A stretch of DNA of 63,998 bases, filler included, from Streblomastix strix (lineage: Eukaryota), in NCBI GenBank assembly GCA_008636045.1. It is 3 parts of 3 records of this genome, joined end to end, with 100 filler letters (N's around TTAATTAATTAA, not from the genome) between each part and the next. Parts side by side here need not be neighbours in the genome. Positions count along the whole stretch, not along the records: positions 22,209 to 44,308 come from SNRW01000338.1; positions 44,409 to 63,998 come from SNRW01000503.1; 1 more part is not named here. The stretch is one strand, 5' to 3'. Position 1 is the first letter of the stretch. Each line of letters begins with the position of its first letter. A program made the position numbers and the translations under genes. Below, piece after piece: positions 37,746-53,290 of this stretch. A model generated the notes under the pieces. That model was not told the DNA's origin and did no database searches. It worked only from the letters and a program-made list of their open reading frames with translations.

Positions 37746-40700
37746 TCACGCTGAGAGAAGACCTAGCTTCGAAAAGTCCTTCAACTTGAAGCGCTGAAAT
37801 AAAAATTAAATAAAAGAGAAAAAATTTATTAAATTTAAAATTACAAATTCTTTTCTTATTTTCTTATTTGCATCTTTTTTTTAACAAACTGTAGTGGCTT
37901 CAAGAAGGAGCTGTCCAGCCTCTGAATTCTCCAGTTAAGCGAATGAGATGTGTTTATTCTGCCCCAAACGAAACAGCTCAGTTGCAGTCAATGTCTAAAC
38001 AGGAAGACCATAAATTGAAAGCAGAAGCATCACAAGATTCTGAAATTTAGAAAAGTATTAATATATAATAAGTATATGGATTAAAATCATAATTAATATA
38101 ATAATATTTCATTCTCTATATAAATACCTCTCTTGAAGGTGCATAAGCAGCTCTTCTTGAATTATGAGTAGCTCCTTTCTTAGAAGCCCCATTAGCAGGG
38201 CATATTATCTGGGCTACATAATTAATGGGCAATTTAATCAACTAAGCAATCAACCCTTAATAATACTTCTCCGTGTTCTCTTTACTTTCTTCATATTACC
38301 TCATAAACAACTCTTTGCTTGGAGTAGGTTATTATTATTATTTCATTTATGGATAATCAGAATCTTGTATAGTCTCTAAAGGTGTGAAAGCACCGTGTGT
38401 TTTATCTGATCCAGATGATGATGTTTATGAGAGCAAACTCTATTTGAATGATTCTTGTGATTGGCTGTTGACCATCTGATTGGATGTGTTTATTGGTTGT
38501 GATATAATTGAGAGTAATGATGATGGTGTTGTTGATTAGATTAGTAACTATGGTTATTATTATTATTATAGACTTTATTGTTATTGCTATTGTTATTGTT
38601 ATGATGATACAATTGATGATTATGATTGTGTTTGTTTTGGTGCATTGGGGAATATGGGTTGTTATTGGATTTGGACTTGGGTGGCCTTACGACTGATTGA
38701 GATCTGATGTTATAATAAATAGTTTATAAAAATATAAAAATATTAGAATAAATTGAATAATATATTTATATTAAATAAAATTATTGTACTACTTATGCTT
38801 GATCAAAGTTTGTGAAATTGAATCTTTGTTGTAATCTTTCCTACCGCAATGCAGTCAAACGGATGAACACAGCACAGCTCAAAAACGCTTTTTTAAATCC
38901 TGCAAATAACAAAATAAATACAAATTAATTATTATATTATTATTAATTATATTGAGAATTTAAATTAAATAATCTTATTAATGATATATAATAGTATATA
39001 AACCATCATATTCAGATTTATCTGCACTAATTGCAGCTAAGAGTAAAGTGGGTTCAAGCATAACATGGAGGTCTTTTGGGAGGGTGAAGTTTTCTTATTC
39101 ATCATCAGCATCTAATAAAAATAGGTTAAATAAATAAATTAAATAAATAAACAAAATTAAATCTAAAATTAAATCTAAAATTAAATTAAACCTTTCTTTT
39201 AGTTTTTATTTTTATTTTTGTCTCCTTTTTCTTTTGTTTTGTTCTTAGAGCTACAAAATAAACATAATATTAATAAATATAAACAATTAACATTCTAATA
39301 TATTATTTCATATCTATCATACCTATGTTCATGTCTAGAATACGGCTTAGATCCATTCTATGAATTATTTACTGAATCAAATCCATCATGGGTCCTGCTA
39401 TTAGCTTTTGGAGTTGCACTATCCTGTATTTATTTCTGCCCTTATTGATTTGTATTCTAAGTCACATTTATATTCAAATTCCTTGGCGATATTTGTATGT
39501 TATCAGCGCTTTACTATTATTTGCTATCTTTCTCTCTATCTTAATCAGTCAACTACGATTTTGTGCTCTGATTCGTATTCTACTCGTTTTATTACTGCTA
39601 TGCATTCTGAATAGCCAAATCTCTGTTAATCTGGACCTAGTCTTATTCTCCATCTTCCTGATTAATCCCTTCATTAGCTCTCTTAGTTGGCTTTGGAGGT
39701 GTGAAAGGTGTTGCAAAGATGTCAAATAACAACATTTTGAGCTGCATTCCTGGAGTTGGTGGATAGTTGCGGAGAAGAAGGTGACGAGTTTAGTGTGTGG
39801 ATGTTTGCTGATGAATTAGATATATATAATATATTATATATAATATATATAATTGTTAGGTAAGTAATTATATATTAATAAATTATATAAATATAATATA
39901 ATAATTCATACAGGTGCATTAGACGATTCCTTATCCTTATCAGAGGCTGGTGATACCAAAGCTGGGTCCCCATATATATTACTTTATCCTTGAAAATCTT
40001 TCTATTTAGTTGTTGAGGTTCTTTTCATGGGTTTTGATTAATCTGAATTATATTATTCACTACCAATCTTGGATGCGTTGAATTTAGCTTATGAAGGAGA
40101 TGTTCTCAGTTGGTGTTATTCTGAATAGATAAATATTGACATAATAAAGAATAAATGAATATAAATAATGTAATAACAAATATAAATACCTTATAATTGA
40201 GGCTACAACTAATATATGCTCAACCGGGCAATATTATATATGGATGTCTTTGTTACTTTTTCTAATCCTGCTGTGTTGAAATAGTCAAATTAATCGCTTT
40301 TTATTTTTCCTTATTCTTTTTGCAGTAATAATTTCATTGAATGAACAGTTTGCAGATATGAATTGACTATTTTTTGGTTTTCTTCTATTTGTTCAGGTGT
40401 TAAGGAGAATGTGGCTAAAATAAAAAATAATAGAATGATAAAATGAAAATAAAATAAATAAAATAATTTAATAATAATAGTCTTTCTATCCTATTCATAC
40501 CATCCTTAGCAAGAGAACTACCAACTGCTGTTCCAGTTGTTTTTCCACCTTTTTCTTTTTCTTTCTTCTTTTTGTGATCTGAATGAAATAAACAAAATAA
40601 ATAATGGATAGATAGATGTAATAAACAAATTAAAAAATTTATTAACAAACCAGATTCGAGTGTATCATTTTGTTTTTCCTTCTTTTCCTTCTCTTCTCCA

Positions 40701-43700
40701 TCTTTTTCTTCATTCTCCTAAATTATTCAAAATAACAACAAGAAAATAATAAATAATAAAAATTTTAATCCAAAATAAATGAATTATAGAAAATCTTCTT
40801 TGTTTTATATTTATCATACTTCAAATTCCTTCTCTTCCTGCATCCTCTGCAATTCTTCTCTGAATTCAGCTTCATTTCCTTCAGGAGCTTCAGATTAATC
40901 GGATCTATTTGTTATTAATAAATAAAAACGTACATTTAAATTATTCAATTATAAAATAATTTAAAATATTACTAATTTATAAAATAAAATTATTAACCTT
41001 AGCTCTGGAGCATAATGATTAACTCCCAAGTAATTCAAATATTAAGAATTAGGATTATCGCTGATTGAAATATATTGAAAATTGAAAATATTTTAATTTG
41101 AAATAATTAATGAAATGAATATTAAATAACTAATTAATTTTAATATGATAATCAAACCTCATTTATATTTATTGTATAAGAATGTCATATTCCTCCTTCT
41201 CCTTCTCTCTGTATAATTACCAAACTTCTTCTTCATATGGAATTGGAATTGATGCAAATCTGCATATTCATATAAAAATGAATAAAATAATAATAAATTT
41301 TAATATAAGACTTTTTTATTTCATCTTAATGTATAATATTCATCTTCAATATATATTTCATAATACCTTCTTCTACTTAATCTTCCATTAGCATCTGTCC
41401 ATCTACTTAATAATCTCGCATATGCCAACATATCATCCAGACTAATAATTGAAGGTAAAACTAAATGAGTTAAAAATTCCATCCAATCAACATGTTCTCT
41501 TTCTCCAAATTTTCTAAATAATAAAATTAATAAATAATAAATAAATAATATTAATAACAATAATATAAGAAAATAAATATAATAATATACCTATGAATAT
41601 CATAATCTGGTAGATTCCCTGAATGTTCAGTATATTAAGGATCCATTTCATACGCCAACTACTCTCTTTCAAGTTCTTTTTCTTTCTCTTTCAACATCTA
41701 CTTCTCAATTTCATTCTAATATTCATCAAACTCATTATTTTCTCTGACATCTTATTCATCTTTGCTGAAATCATATTATTTGTCTCTTTTAATCTTCAAA
41801 GCCATTTCCCTATCTTTTTCTCTTTCAATCTCTTTTTCTCTTATTATTTACTGCTCTTATTCTTTCTCTTATTCTTTTTACTTCTTCTATTGTTCCAATT
41901 CTTTCATTTTGCTTTCAATTTATCTCTGTTATTCATTTTCTATATCATCAATTCCCTTTTCACCTTCAACTGTGATTCTGGTGCAGAAATGACACCCTAT
42001 TTAATCCCCCCTCATTAATTCTAATGCAGCTTTGTTCACTTTATTCCATATTGGTGGGAAAAGGAAGTTCATTACTGTTTGTGTTGATGGATAACTTGTT
42101 CCTTTCTTGTTTACTTGAAGTTGCTATCCTTTAAATGCATCTAAGACAACCCTAATAAATTATGGGAATGAACAAATCCCAGATCTTGAAATAGTCCTGA
42201 ACTATAATCTGAGCAGATTTGTATGAAATGGAGAAAGTAAACCTCTTCCTAAAGATACTCTTAATGGATGAGGAGGTGTTAATTTACTATATTACTGTGA
42301 TTTAATCTCATCTGTTTTAATCTTCTATTTATCATTCATATTATACCCTTATTTACCTTATATTTAATCATCAGCAGCCAAAGTAGCTTCCATAGCTGCA
42401 TCAACACTCAATCCAGCTCCATGTTCCTAATAAACACCATTAGTTGATTCTTATGCTCCAGAAATGTCTTATTTCCCCAATTTACGCTGTTCTCTTCTTT
42501 TAGTGTATTCCTCCTATCTTTTCTATTGTATTTCATTATATCTTTCTGTTCCTTGTATGTTTGTAGGGCATTCTACAAGATGGTCATGGTGATGATGATG
42601 CTATATTTATGCATGAGATGATGATGATGAAGATTATTAAGATAATAATAATTGTTATTGTTATTATTATATTAATAATTATGCTTATTATTAATCTGCT
42701 CCTTTTGAATCCTTCTTATCAATCCCTTTCTTATCTTTATTACCATCTTTCACTTCTTCTTTCTCTTTATCTTTCTTCTCATTATCTGTAATTCCATTTC
42801 CTTATTCATTTTTATTTGTTTCATTCATTTATTATTAATTAAATTAATTATCAATGTCTTCATAATTTGGTTTCTCAATTGTTTATCTTCCAAATCTGAT
42901 CCACATAAATGCAACTTATTTTGCTCTATTTGATATTGGATCAAATGGACGATGTCTAAAATGAATATGATAAATATATAAGCAAATTAATTAATTAAAT
43001 AGAAAATAATTTAATATAATTAAATATAATATATATTATTAATAAATTAAATTCAAACCTCAATGGATCAGTCCAATGTGTATAACCCTATAAACATCTA
43101 GATATAAGAGCGATCAAATCTTTCTTCTTTCTCTGAGTCAGTTGTGAAGATTATCTCCTTTATTACTGTTATTTAGGAGGCATTGACAATTAAGGAACAG
43201 GATATTGCAGTTATTATATTTATGAAGCTAAAGTTACATTCTGTTGTGTCATATAGTACAATGGATTATATGATTGTTATGGTTTTGTGAGTATTTCAGA
43301 TGTTTATTATGCATTTTTCTTGATTGGTGTCTTTTCTTTGACATCTTTGTTCTACTGTTGTGCTTATTATTGTTATAATATTTGGCTGTTGATTCTTTCA
43401 ATTATCAAACCATATCTTCCTTTTCCTTTTGCTTGTAACAGTTTCAGCTCTTTTTGGATTTGTTCATTTTCGATTTCTTTGAATTTGCTCTTTTCTTCTT
43501 CATCCTGGATAAGGTGCATCATTGGACGAAACTAGAAATAAATGAATAAAAATTATATAGAATAAGATAATATAATAATTACTTTTCAATCAATAATAAT
43601 AAAATAATTATTTGAATTATATGCAAACCTCGTTTGATAATCCTGTTCCAATTCCAATAATAAGTCTAAATGGATTCAAAGGATTCAATTATCCTTTTCC

Positions 43701-44308
43701 ACCAAATTAATCAGATAATGCCTATAAAATTTTCATATAAATTATATATAAATAAATAAATATTAAATTTAATTCATTTTTCATTCTTTAAAATTAATTA
43801 TCACAAACCTAATACTGAATATATGAATTAATCAATTCTTCTGCTCCAATTTTCTTTTTCTGCAACTGAAGCACAAGTTATTCAACAACTTAATCCTTCT
43901 TTGATAATAACTATTGTTACAATAATCGTCTTTCCGTTGATTTCAATTTAATTTCTAATATATTAAATATTCTTTTTTCTCTTTATTTTACAGATAATTG
44001 CTTCTCTGAGAATGTTTATGGACCTAAAACTATTAATTATATAAAATTGTATATATAAAATAATTATAATTATAATTATTCATTAAAACATTATATAATA
44101 TAAAAATACCTTATAATTGTTCTTATGATTATTAACTATCTCCAAATTAATGTAATTATTATTATGTTTATTAAGATTAAGATTAAGATGGTGATTAAGA
44201 TGATTAAAATGATTTCTATTAAAGTTGAGCTATTGATTTTTATTTCTAAATTTATTATTATAATTTTTATTATTATAATTATTGTTGTGGTTGTATTTAT
44301 TATTATTA
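37746..44308 (-). CDS. Large multi-exon protein, SPEF2/CPC1-like C-terminal region (5'-truncated by contig end)
   Basis: HVDWMEFLTHLVLP...TDANGRLSRRRF; LEPTLLLAAISADKSEYDGFKKAF; ISFAQLENSEAGQLLLEATTRFKLKD recall SPEF2 C-terminal motifs. Many GT-AG introns and Q/E/K-rich tracts. Confidence 0.55.
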
Positions 44309-44408
44309 NNNNNNNNNNNNNNNNNNNNNNNNNNNNNNNNNNNNNNNNNNNNTTAATTAATTAANNNNNNNNNNNNNNNNNNNNNNNNNNNNNNNNNNNN
44401 NNNNNNNN
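44309..44408. other. Artificial contig linker
   Basis: Same N/TTAATTAATTAA/N spacer as 22109-22208. Confidence 0.97.
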
Positions 44409-46661
44409 CGCCATTCTTAGATATGTTCTCAAATTAACTATCAGAAATGCGTATCAACCCAGCTTCATCAAAATTAACAAATATGATATTACCCCGTGTG
44501 ATAACATCTTTTGCTTTCAAGTTGGATATTATATGATTACCTCCTTTAACCAAACTAACAAAGCTTTTCTCAATTTATGATCCTGCATTCTACACATTGA
44601 ATTGGCAATCTTGAAGATCAACTTCAGCCGTTGATTCTTTTCCATAAATTACTGGATTGTTTTGTAATGTTACAGTGTTATCTATAATGAACTTTATCAG
44701 TTAGAATCTAACTTTTCCAGTTACATCGAATCCTCCACTAGATCTAATCATGATAACACTTGGTGTAGTACTTGACAGTGGATAGTTCCTGAATGTTCGT
44801 GGAGTAACAGTTTGTGATATCACAGCTGTATTAAGTATGTAAGTGCTGTCGTATATATAAACGAAAAAGGTATTTACTTTGTTAATATTTGACATTATTG
44901 TAGATGCTTCTAAAATATTGCAAGGTACATATTATGTGCATGATGATATATTATTTCCAGTTGATCTAACATAATATTCTGCTATATCTAAATTCCAGTA
45001 ATGTTAAAGACTATTTTGAAGTTTATTAATTTATGTTGATGAATAAGAGTCGAATGTGACAGAATCAACATGAATTCCTTAGAGTTCATTTTAATTCGAT
45101 ATTCCATAACTGTAATTCCCTTTCACATATTCACCTTACGTTCCTTCTTTGCACCATTCTGCAACTTTTGTCATAGCAACATATAAGCTTTATCCAGCTT
45201 TATCTGCAGTATTTCCATATATCTTCATATTTCTGAAATCGAGGACCCTAGTCAAAGGATTGTAATCACCATATCCAGCCAGGAAAATTCCTCCTCCATA
45301 TCCAGTTGGTTGAAAATAATTGGATGTATCGGATTAAGCTTTGCATCTAAGCACAGTTATTTCATTCATCTTTAACTGAGAATATGTATTGAATTCTATA
45401 CTAACAAAGATACCTCCACCATTCCCTTTTGTACATACACAATCTTCAGCTGTGATTTTGTTTATTTGTATATTACCTTGCATCTCACTGATAATATGAA
45501 TTCCTCCTCCTCTTGTAGAAGATTTGCAGTTCTTGAATGTTAGTTATTCTATATTAACTGGTGCCTGTAGCTTACTCAATAAATGCATGCCACCTCCAAA
45601 GCTAGAGCTATAGCAATCTTCGAATTGCATCTGATTTATAATAAGCTAAGATGATCCACTATTAATTGATGACCATAATGCTCCACCAACTAAACCTGAG
45701 CAGTTCTTGAATTTGATCAATCCTTCCATTGTAAATACTGTACCAGTACCAATATAAAGCCAGAATGCGCCACCATTATTTGATGATGAACAGTTAGTGA
45801 ATGTGCAGTTGGCCATATATCCAGGAGCTCTGTTGGAAATCTATATATATAATGCCCCTCCATTTTGTGAGCTTTAGCAATTGGAGAATGTGCAGTTCTT
45901 AACAGTACATCTTTCATTTGTAAATTACAACCAAATGCGCTGATTACTCACTCCATTGTAGTTTTTATTCTCCAGTTAAACAGTACCTGTTAATTCACCA
46001 GCAGCATATACATCAAAGGAACCTTGGAGTGCATAATATGATACTAACATGATGATAATTATGGGAAGATTACTCTATTTTGTCATTTTCTTTTGTTTAT
46101 GGCTCTAAGATTAATCACTCATTCTGAAGAGGCGGAACATAATCGCTGATAAGAAGGAATGAAGTAGCGCAGTTGTAAATACAATTTTCCAAATAACTTC
46201 GGCTAAATAATATAATAATTAATTAATAGTTAAATTTAAAAATAAATAAAAAAATTTAAAATAAATATAAATTTATAAATTTAGTAAGAGTTTATAATTA
46301 ATTTCACACCAATTGATGAAGTATTTTGTTGCTAATTGAGCACATTAAAGGAATTCATATTATATTCTCCAAGTTTCAACAAGCTACCAGCGTTGCCAAC
46401 TGTCTTTGATTCAATAAAATGAGAATCCTCGGTCGATGGAAGGTCTTCTGAAGAATTTTCTGAAAGAATTGAATCTGTGCTGATGATTTAGTCGCAAATA
46501 TTAGTAGATTAGCATGCAACGATTGAACCTGGTGTTAGCAAATGTTTTTCTTATTTTTCTAGCTCAACGTTCGGCAACAGGTGCAGAACTTATGCGTTCG
46601 TGATGAGTATGAGTATATAGAAGCATAAACTTTTGAGCGCGATGTTGGGTAAGGTTTGCAT
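44409..46661 (-). CDS. Pmp-like / pectin-lyase-fold beta-helix surface protein (3'-truncated)
   Basis: Hydrophobic N-terminus, one intron, and recurring FxNC...GG(A/G)(L/I/F) repeats: CTFSNCQSSQNGGALYI, CTFTNCSSSNNGGAFWL, FKNCSGLVGGALWS, GYGGGIFL. Confidence 0.8.
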
Positions 46662-48599
46662 TGTCGATTTTCGTTTGTTTGATCGGACCCACGAAGGAAA
46701 TATTTTCGCGAATCGTATTTTCTCTGAGACCTTGATTCTCTATGATATGCTTTTATTTAGATTTTTTATTTATTTATATATTTTTATTTAAAAAATTATG
46801 AAATTTAATCATTAATAATAAATCATCTAATAAAATTTGAAAATATCAAATAAACTCTAAGGAAGTTGACATTACGAAAGAGTTTGAATTTGGAACTGTT
46901 GAAATTCGTCAAATTCTTTCCAATTTACGTACGTAATCGTCATTAAATTTCACAAAAATTACATAATTTAAAATATGTGGATTTGTGCACATATAAATAA
47001 CTAATAATTAGAAATTTTTTATGAAATTAAATAAATGTCCAAAAATTGGTTATAAATTGTAAAATTTATAGTTTATGTTAATTAATTTTTATCAATAACC
47101 GAATAAATTTAATAATGAAGCATAATAAAGTCTAATTAACATGACAATTCACTAATTAAGGTTGTTTAGAAACCACAATTAACGAACAAATTAATTTTGC
47201 TTTCTTTACTCCAACAACATATAAATAATAATACTTTAATAATATTTTTAAATTCATAAAATTCAAATGTTAATTTTTATATAATATTATTTTTAATTAG
47301 GTTTGAATATCATCTTAAAATTTACATAATTATATTAAACACTCAAATTTTCTGTTATATCAAACTTTAATATTAACAATTTTATGTTAAATATTTTTAT
47401 CTATCGTATTTTTTTAATTTTGTAGAATAAAAAACTTCAAAATTATTGTATTTTCAGTTCTTCAATTTTTTAAAAAATTTTTTTTTACTAATTTATAATA
47501 GTTTCTTAAAATTTGACTTATACAATGTTTTAAAATTAAACATTTAAATATTTTAATATTATAAAACATTAATATTAAAAATTTAACACATAAAATAAAA
47601 AATATTAACTGTTTGAATATATAAAAAGCATTTTTTTATCAGAATATATTAAAATTCTGCTAATACCAAATACTAGCATATTTTTTTCAATATTGGTATA
47701 TGAGAATTACTTTAATGGATTAAAGTTTTAAATGAAGGTCTGTAATGTTCGGATTTGATAATAAATTTATATACTACAATATTAATAAAATATATTTCAA
47801 AAAATAGAACTTGCAGATTTTTCATCTTAGTCGAATTATGCGAAAAATAATTATTTTTCAATTATTTTATTATTTATACAAATATGTAGATAGGAAGTGA
47901 TATATTATAATAAAAATTTTGTAAGAAATTAATTAGTATATTTGATATATTGAAAGAATGAATTACAACACTGTCAACATTCATATGTCAAAAAATTTAT
48001 AACATATTTTACTGAAAGTATAGTGAAATTTATAATTTCTAAAATAATTTTTTAGATAATATTGAATAAATATAATTAACTTTAATTATTTATTCATTGA
48101 TTAATGTTTTAGTCAATTAATTATTTTGCTCAAAATTCGTAAATGTTTTAATCACTTAAACAGTGAATGTTATTATATTTTTTATATTTCATTATTTGAA
48201 TAGTTAATTAATTTATTGATTTATCATATAATAAACAAATATAACTTTAAAATTATTGTTTTGATTGTTATTGAAATATTTTTAACAAAAGAACTTTTTT
48301 TGGTATTATTGTTAAATTTTGATTTAAAATAATTATAGATTTCTAATGAATTTACGTAGTTGAAATGAATTTGCATAGAATGATCGTAAATTAATATCAT
48401 CTTGAATAATAGAAAATATTGGGAAAAATTAAAAATCATCTCCATCAAAACAATCTAGTTACATTTAATAAAATTTAATATTAAAATATTTATAATTGAA
48501 GTTTTTATTTATTCTTGAACTAATTATTTATAAAAAATTAAATTTAATGAGATAATAATGGAAAATAAGTGAAAATGTTCATATTAATTTGAATTAAAT

Positions 48600-50485
48600 A
48601 AAAAAGTTAGATGCTGTGATTAAGAAGAGTGAATTGATTAATTGTTTTAAGTTTATCTGAATTTTCTGTTGATTCATTCTATTCAACAATTAGACAAATA
48701 TTATCAATATTATTATTGCTTTTTGTTTATGAAGTAGTAGAAACATTGATTTCTTATTTAACCATGTTTTCATTATTTGTTAATCTTTTTATCTTTCGTT
48801 TATAATGAGTTTAATTGGGAAATGTTATTATGAATGTGTTATTGGATTATTGTTATGTGATATGCTAATGATTTTTGTCTATTGAATCAAGTTGAGAATT
48901 TGAATTATATTGATTTGTTTAAGTTGGAGAATTATTATTGGCATTATCAATTTTATCTTATATAGTTGAAATTTATTCTTTTGAATAATAATAATAATTC
49001 AAATATTCATTATTTCTCGTTAGTGATACTTTCAAGATATTCACATCTGCAGTATGAATATGATTCAATTATTTAATATCTTCTCTTTTCAATAACTTTA
49101 TTACTTTATTCTCATCAATAACTGTCATTAATCTTAATGTAGAAGGTGGAATTGTAGTAAATTCAAATTAATGAAGTGAAATAGGATGATTATTGAAGTC
49201 AATTAGAAGCAAGAGAATAGAAAGACCATTTAGTTATTCAATTAATGCAATTGCAGTTATACTGGATAATTTATTTTCATCTACTTCTGAATTGTTATTA
49301 TTAGATGAATTATCTTTATCAATTTATTTTCCATTATTAAATTATCGATCATTAATATCATATGGAATATATTCAAGAAGTTGCATTCTTCCATGTCCAT
49401 CAATTTCACATAATCCAGATCCTGCAACTTCTCCATCTTTTTCTCTTCCAATTGGATATGCATAATGAAATGAAGTCATAATATAAGGTTTCTTCATAAT
49501 TGGGAATAACTTTAATTGTATCGATATTATGGAAGTGAGAAAACAACCTCTATTTATCATTTGATGCAACTAATATGGATTATTATTGTTAATTGAATGT
49601 TTGATTTAATTATTCTTCTTATCTTTTATAATGTGTTTCGAGGTTAATCTTCATCATCTTCAAAGAAAATATAAGTATCAGCTTTTGCAATGCACAGGTT
49701 TTTTTTATTCACCTCTACTGATTATAATAAATTCCATTATGTCTCAAGGCTATTTCTAATCATTGTATTCACATTCTCTTCTTTATATCCTTATGTATTG
49801 GCTTTGTTGATCCTTGAATTTGTTTCTAATCAGACTTTGGAGCAAATCATGAGAAGAAACGAGGAGAATTGTCTGTGATTGGAACAACAGATACTGCCCA
49901 TTGAAATGTCTTATATAGCAATAAATAAAGAAAGAAAAACATTTAATTGAATCATAAAATATCATTAAAATACAGTATCAAGTCTGACACGGCGTTTCTC
50001 TGGAGTTTTAATCATAGATTAAATAGCTTCTAATAAAGATCCAGTAGCAAGTGGGAAGAATCGAGTTTTATTCCATTGAAGCAAATGCCATTCTCCGCGA
50101 ATTAACAATATAAATAAGCTATCAAAGCTAAGTAAATAAATATAATTAAATAATAATCATTAAATATGGTAAATAATATATAAATATTATTAGTAAGTTT
50201 GTGTTGTTATATAGATGTAAAAAGACAGTAAATTTCCTTATAAGCTCAAATTTGATCAAAATAATCAAATTTATCTTCTGATTTGTTGTGGTGTAAGGCA
50301 TTAAAGAATGTAGATCATTAATATATATAACTAATAATAATTTTTTTAAAAGTTATAAATAAATATTCAAACCTTTGCAATAACAATTGACTCAATGTTT
50401 CTGCTATTTCGAACAATTACCATTGAATTTTTATCCCCTGGATTTGCTAATGTTTCAAGGTTGAGACAGTCCCTGCGTTCCTCTT
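48600..50485 (-). pseudogene. Degenerate hypothetical gene, possibly a beta-propeller (DDB1/CPSF160-like N-terminal region)
   Basis: Coding-like stretches (LFILLIRGEWHLLQWNKTRFFPLATGSL; ITAIALI...LLLIDFN) with internal TGAs. Family resemblance is weak. Confidence 0.25.
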
Positions 50486-52599
50486 CAAAATAAATTCAAT
50501 TAGATAAAAAATAAAATAAGTAAATGAAAATGATTTTAAATAAGTTCAAAGAGCAAATGAACTTGTAAGAAAATGAAAATTTTTATTGAAGTTCATATAT
50601 TTGTATTTAAGAAATTATCAAGTATTTGATACAATAAATATGGAAGAAATTTAAACAAATACACAAATTTTGAATATTATGATAATATATACATTCAAAA
50701 TCGAGAGTTATGAATATAAGAATTAAAAAAATGTATAATAATTAATTTTGCCTTTATTTAACAATTTAAAAACTTGTATATGATAATAAATTAATATTAT
50801 CAATAAATTTTAGAAAAAAATACGATATTTTATAATAAAATTATTTCAACATTTAACGATATATTTCAAAAATGTATAAAATTTTAAAAAGTGTCAATAA
50901 ATAACCTAGAAGTTAAATTTTATATAAAATAGGAATATTAAATTTAATAAATATATTTTAAATTGCGAATTTAAGTTTAATAAATCATAATTCAATTTGT
51001 GCCAATAATATAAAAAGATTTCAGTTTTTTTCAACTTCAAGTATAAAAAGTAAAATATAATATTAATTTTTTTATAAGTGCCACTATTATAATTTATTTT
51101 ATGTATCTGAATTTAAAAAATATAACAGTTTTTTATTAAAAATTTCGAAATTTTAAATCACATTATTTTCCATGGAAGAGAAGCTGTGTGATTTTTTCTT
51201 AAATATTTTTTCTTAATAGCCATTATATATTCTACTTTTTAGTTTCAAATGCCAACATTACATGATTTGAATGTATTAAAGTAGTTCTCATATATAGACT
51301 TCCATGCTAACTTTTAGTACATACAACTTTAGAAAGTTATGTAGAAGATCTCAATCCACGTGATGGTTTACCGAGAGAGCATAAACTGTCATTACATTAG
51401 TTTATGGGTTAAGACTTGCGTGTAAAATATAAACTGGTATATGATATTGTTGCAGAGCAATTGGGGGATTGTTATGAAGCCAGGGGAAGAGTTAGCTAGA
51501 GTCTACTTTGGTTTGGAGTAATATAATTAAGCGATGAATAGATAAAAACCAATATGGAGAGTATTAGATATATTTCTATTTGTATTTTGGACTAATTTTT
51601 ATTAAAATCCCTCGATTTAGGTGCTCAGATATTAAAATAATAAAAAAAAATGACAATTTTAAATATTTAATTTCTTAAATTAATAAATTATAAAAAGTCA
51701 TCAAAAATATATATATTTCTAATTTTGTTTCGTATTTAGTGAGGAATATTATTTATCGATATTTTAGTCAAATTTTTATTTATATCCTTCAATTGGATGT
51801 TGAGATATTAAATTAATAAAAAATTAGCATAAAAAATTTTAAATTTAATTTAATTATTTTAAAATTATTTAAATATTTTTAAAATATTGAAAATTTGGCT
51901 ATTACAAAATTTAAAAAATATCAAAATTTAAATATATTAAATTATTGTTTAACAAAATTAATTTGTGTCTATATATAATTATTAATTAATAAATAATTCT
52001 TTTCATAAAAAGTTAGAACAAAATTTAATTTATAAGTAACTCAAAATTAAAAATTAATCATAAAAAATTTTATTCCGTTACATAAATTTACTAAATGAAC
52101 CAAATATTTCTGTTGATATGAATTAAATTTTATGAACCAAATATTAAATAAATCAGATAAGCAACAAATGATAAAATTTATATTTATTTATAAAAGTTTT
52201 ATAATTAAATAAGTTATTCAAATTAAACTGTTAATAGTTATGTAATATCTGAAATAGAAATTTCTTAAAATTAACACTTTGTCTGTTATTTCAAGAAAAA
52301 TGTCATGTACAAACTATTCAGTTCTTCAATTTTAATTAAATTTTCATGAATAGCTCATATTATTTTATTATGAAGTGGAGAAGCTGTGAAACTTGTAGTT
52401 GTATGAGAATATCCTAATTCTATTAATCTGTTACATTAAAAATATTTTTAATGAATTAGTTAAAAATACTAAAATTTTAAATACGATAATAATTTCCAAA
52501 TAAAATTTAACAAAATGCAAAGTATTTGCGTTTTAAATATAAGCAAATGCAAAAAAAATACGGTTATGAACCACAAAAAAATTTTTTTGCTTCATTATT

Positions 52600-53290
52600 T
52601 CTTAAGTTGATATAAAAAAGAAAAAGGATTTGTAACTGTTGAATTAAAAGAGGAAACATAATTGAAAACAAATTCAGAAAATATTCATTAATAAGAGAAT
52701 TTCAAGCATGCAGATAATCGCCATTTCTGGTGTTTTAAAGAATCTGTTCGTGACTAAAAGTATAACATTGATCATTATACTCATCCAACTGCCGTTACTG
52801 TTTATAAACGAAACAGCTATAATGCTGGAATTTAATTCTAAATTTTTATGCAAATATTGAAGAAACAGGAAAGCGGTAAGGCACTGTAGCTAATGAAACA
52901 GCAATTATAATAATGGACAATTAAGGAATACGTTGCACAAAAAAATTATCATATTTAGCTGTGCATTATACTATTATCATAACGACTCCTCCACACGCGA
53001 CAAACATACTTAAAATAGTTGATTTAAATATTTTTAGGCTTTTCAAAATATATATGCAGACAATCAAATATAACTATGTGCAAAATTCCAAAGAATACCA
53101 AATAGGAATTGCATTGTTTGCCATGAGATAGGCCACAATGACAATTAATGTACACGCTGGAAAATATTGAAGAAACAATTAGAATGGCTGTGGACGACAA
53201 AGCATTGCTTAAGGAAGCATCTATACGAATCAAAAATTTCTGTGCTCCATATCCTAAAAGCTTTCATAATTATAAAAATTTGAAGGGAAT
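52600..53290 (+). pseudogene. Second DDE_1 (pogo-like) transposase relic
   Basis: AIIIMDNQGIR...IIITTPPHATNILKIVDLNIFRLFK resembles lilDNxxxH...PPHxTHxLQPLDxxxF..fK. Confidence 0.65.

Noticed and set aside
46700..48600. Extremely AT-rich tract (also 50500-52500, 35700-36700)
   Set aside because: No ORF, repeat unit or RNA structure that I can support; treated as intergenic.
51172..51570. Short GC-richer frame (MPTLHDLNVLKQF...)
   Set aside because: No recognisable motif; cannot be distinguished from a decayed gene fragment.
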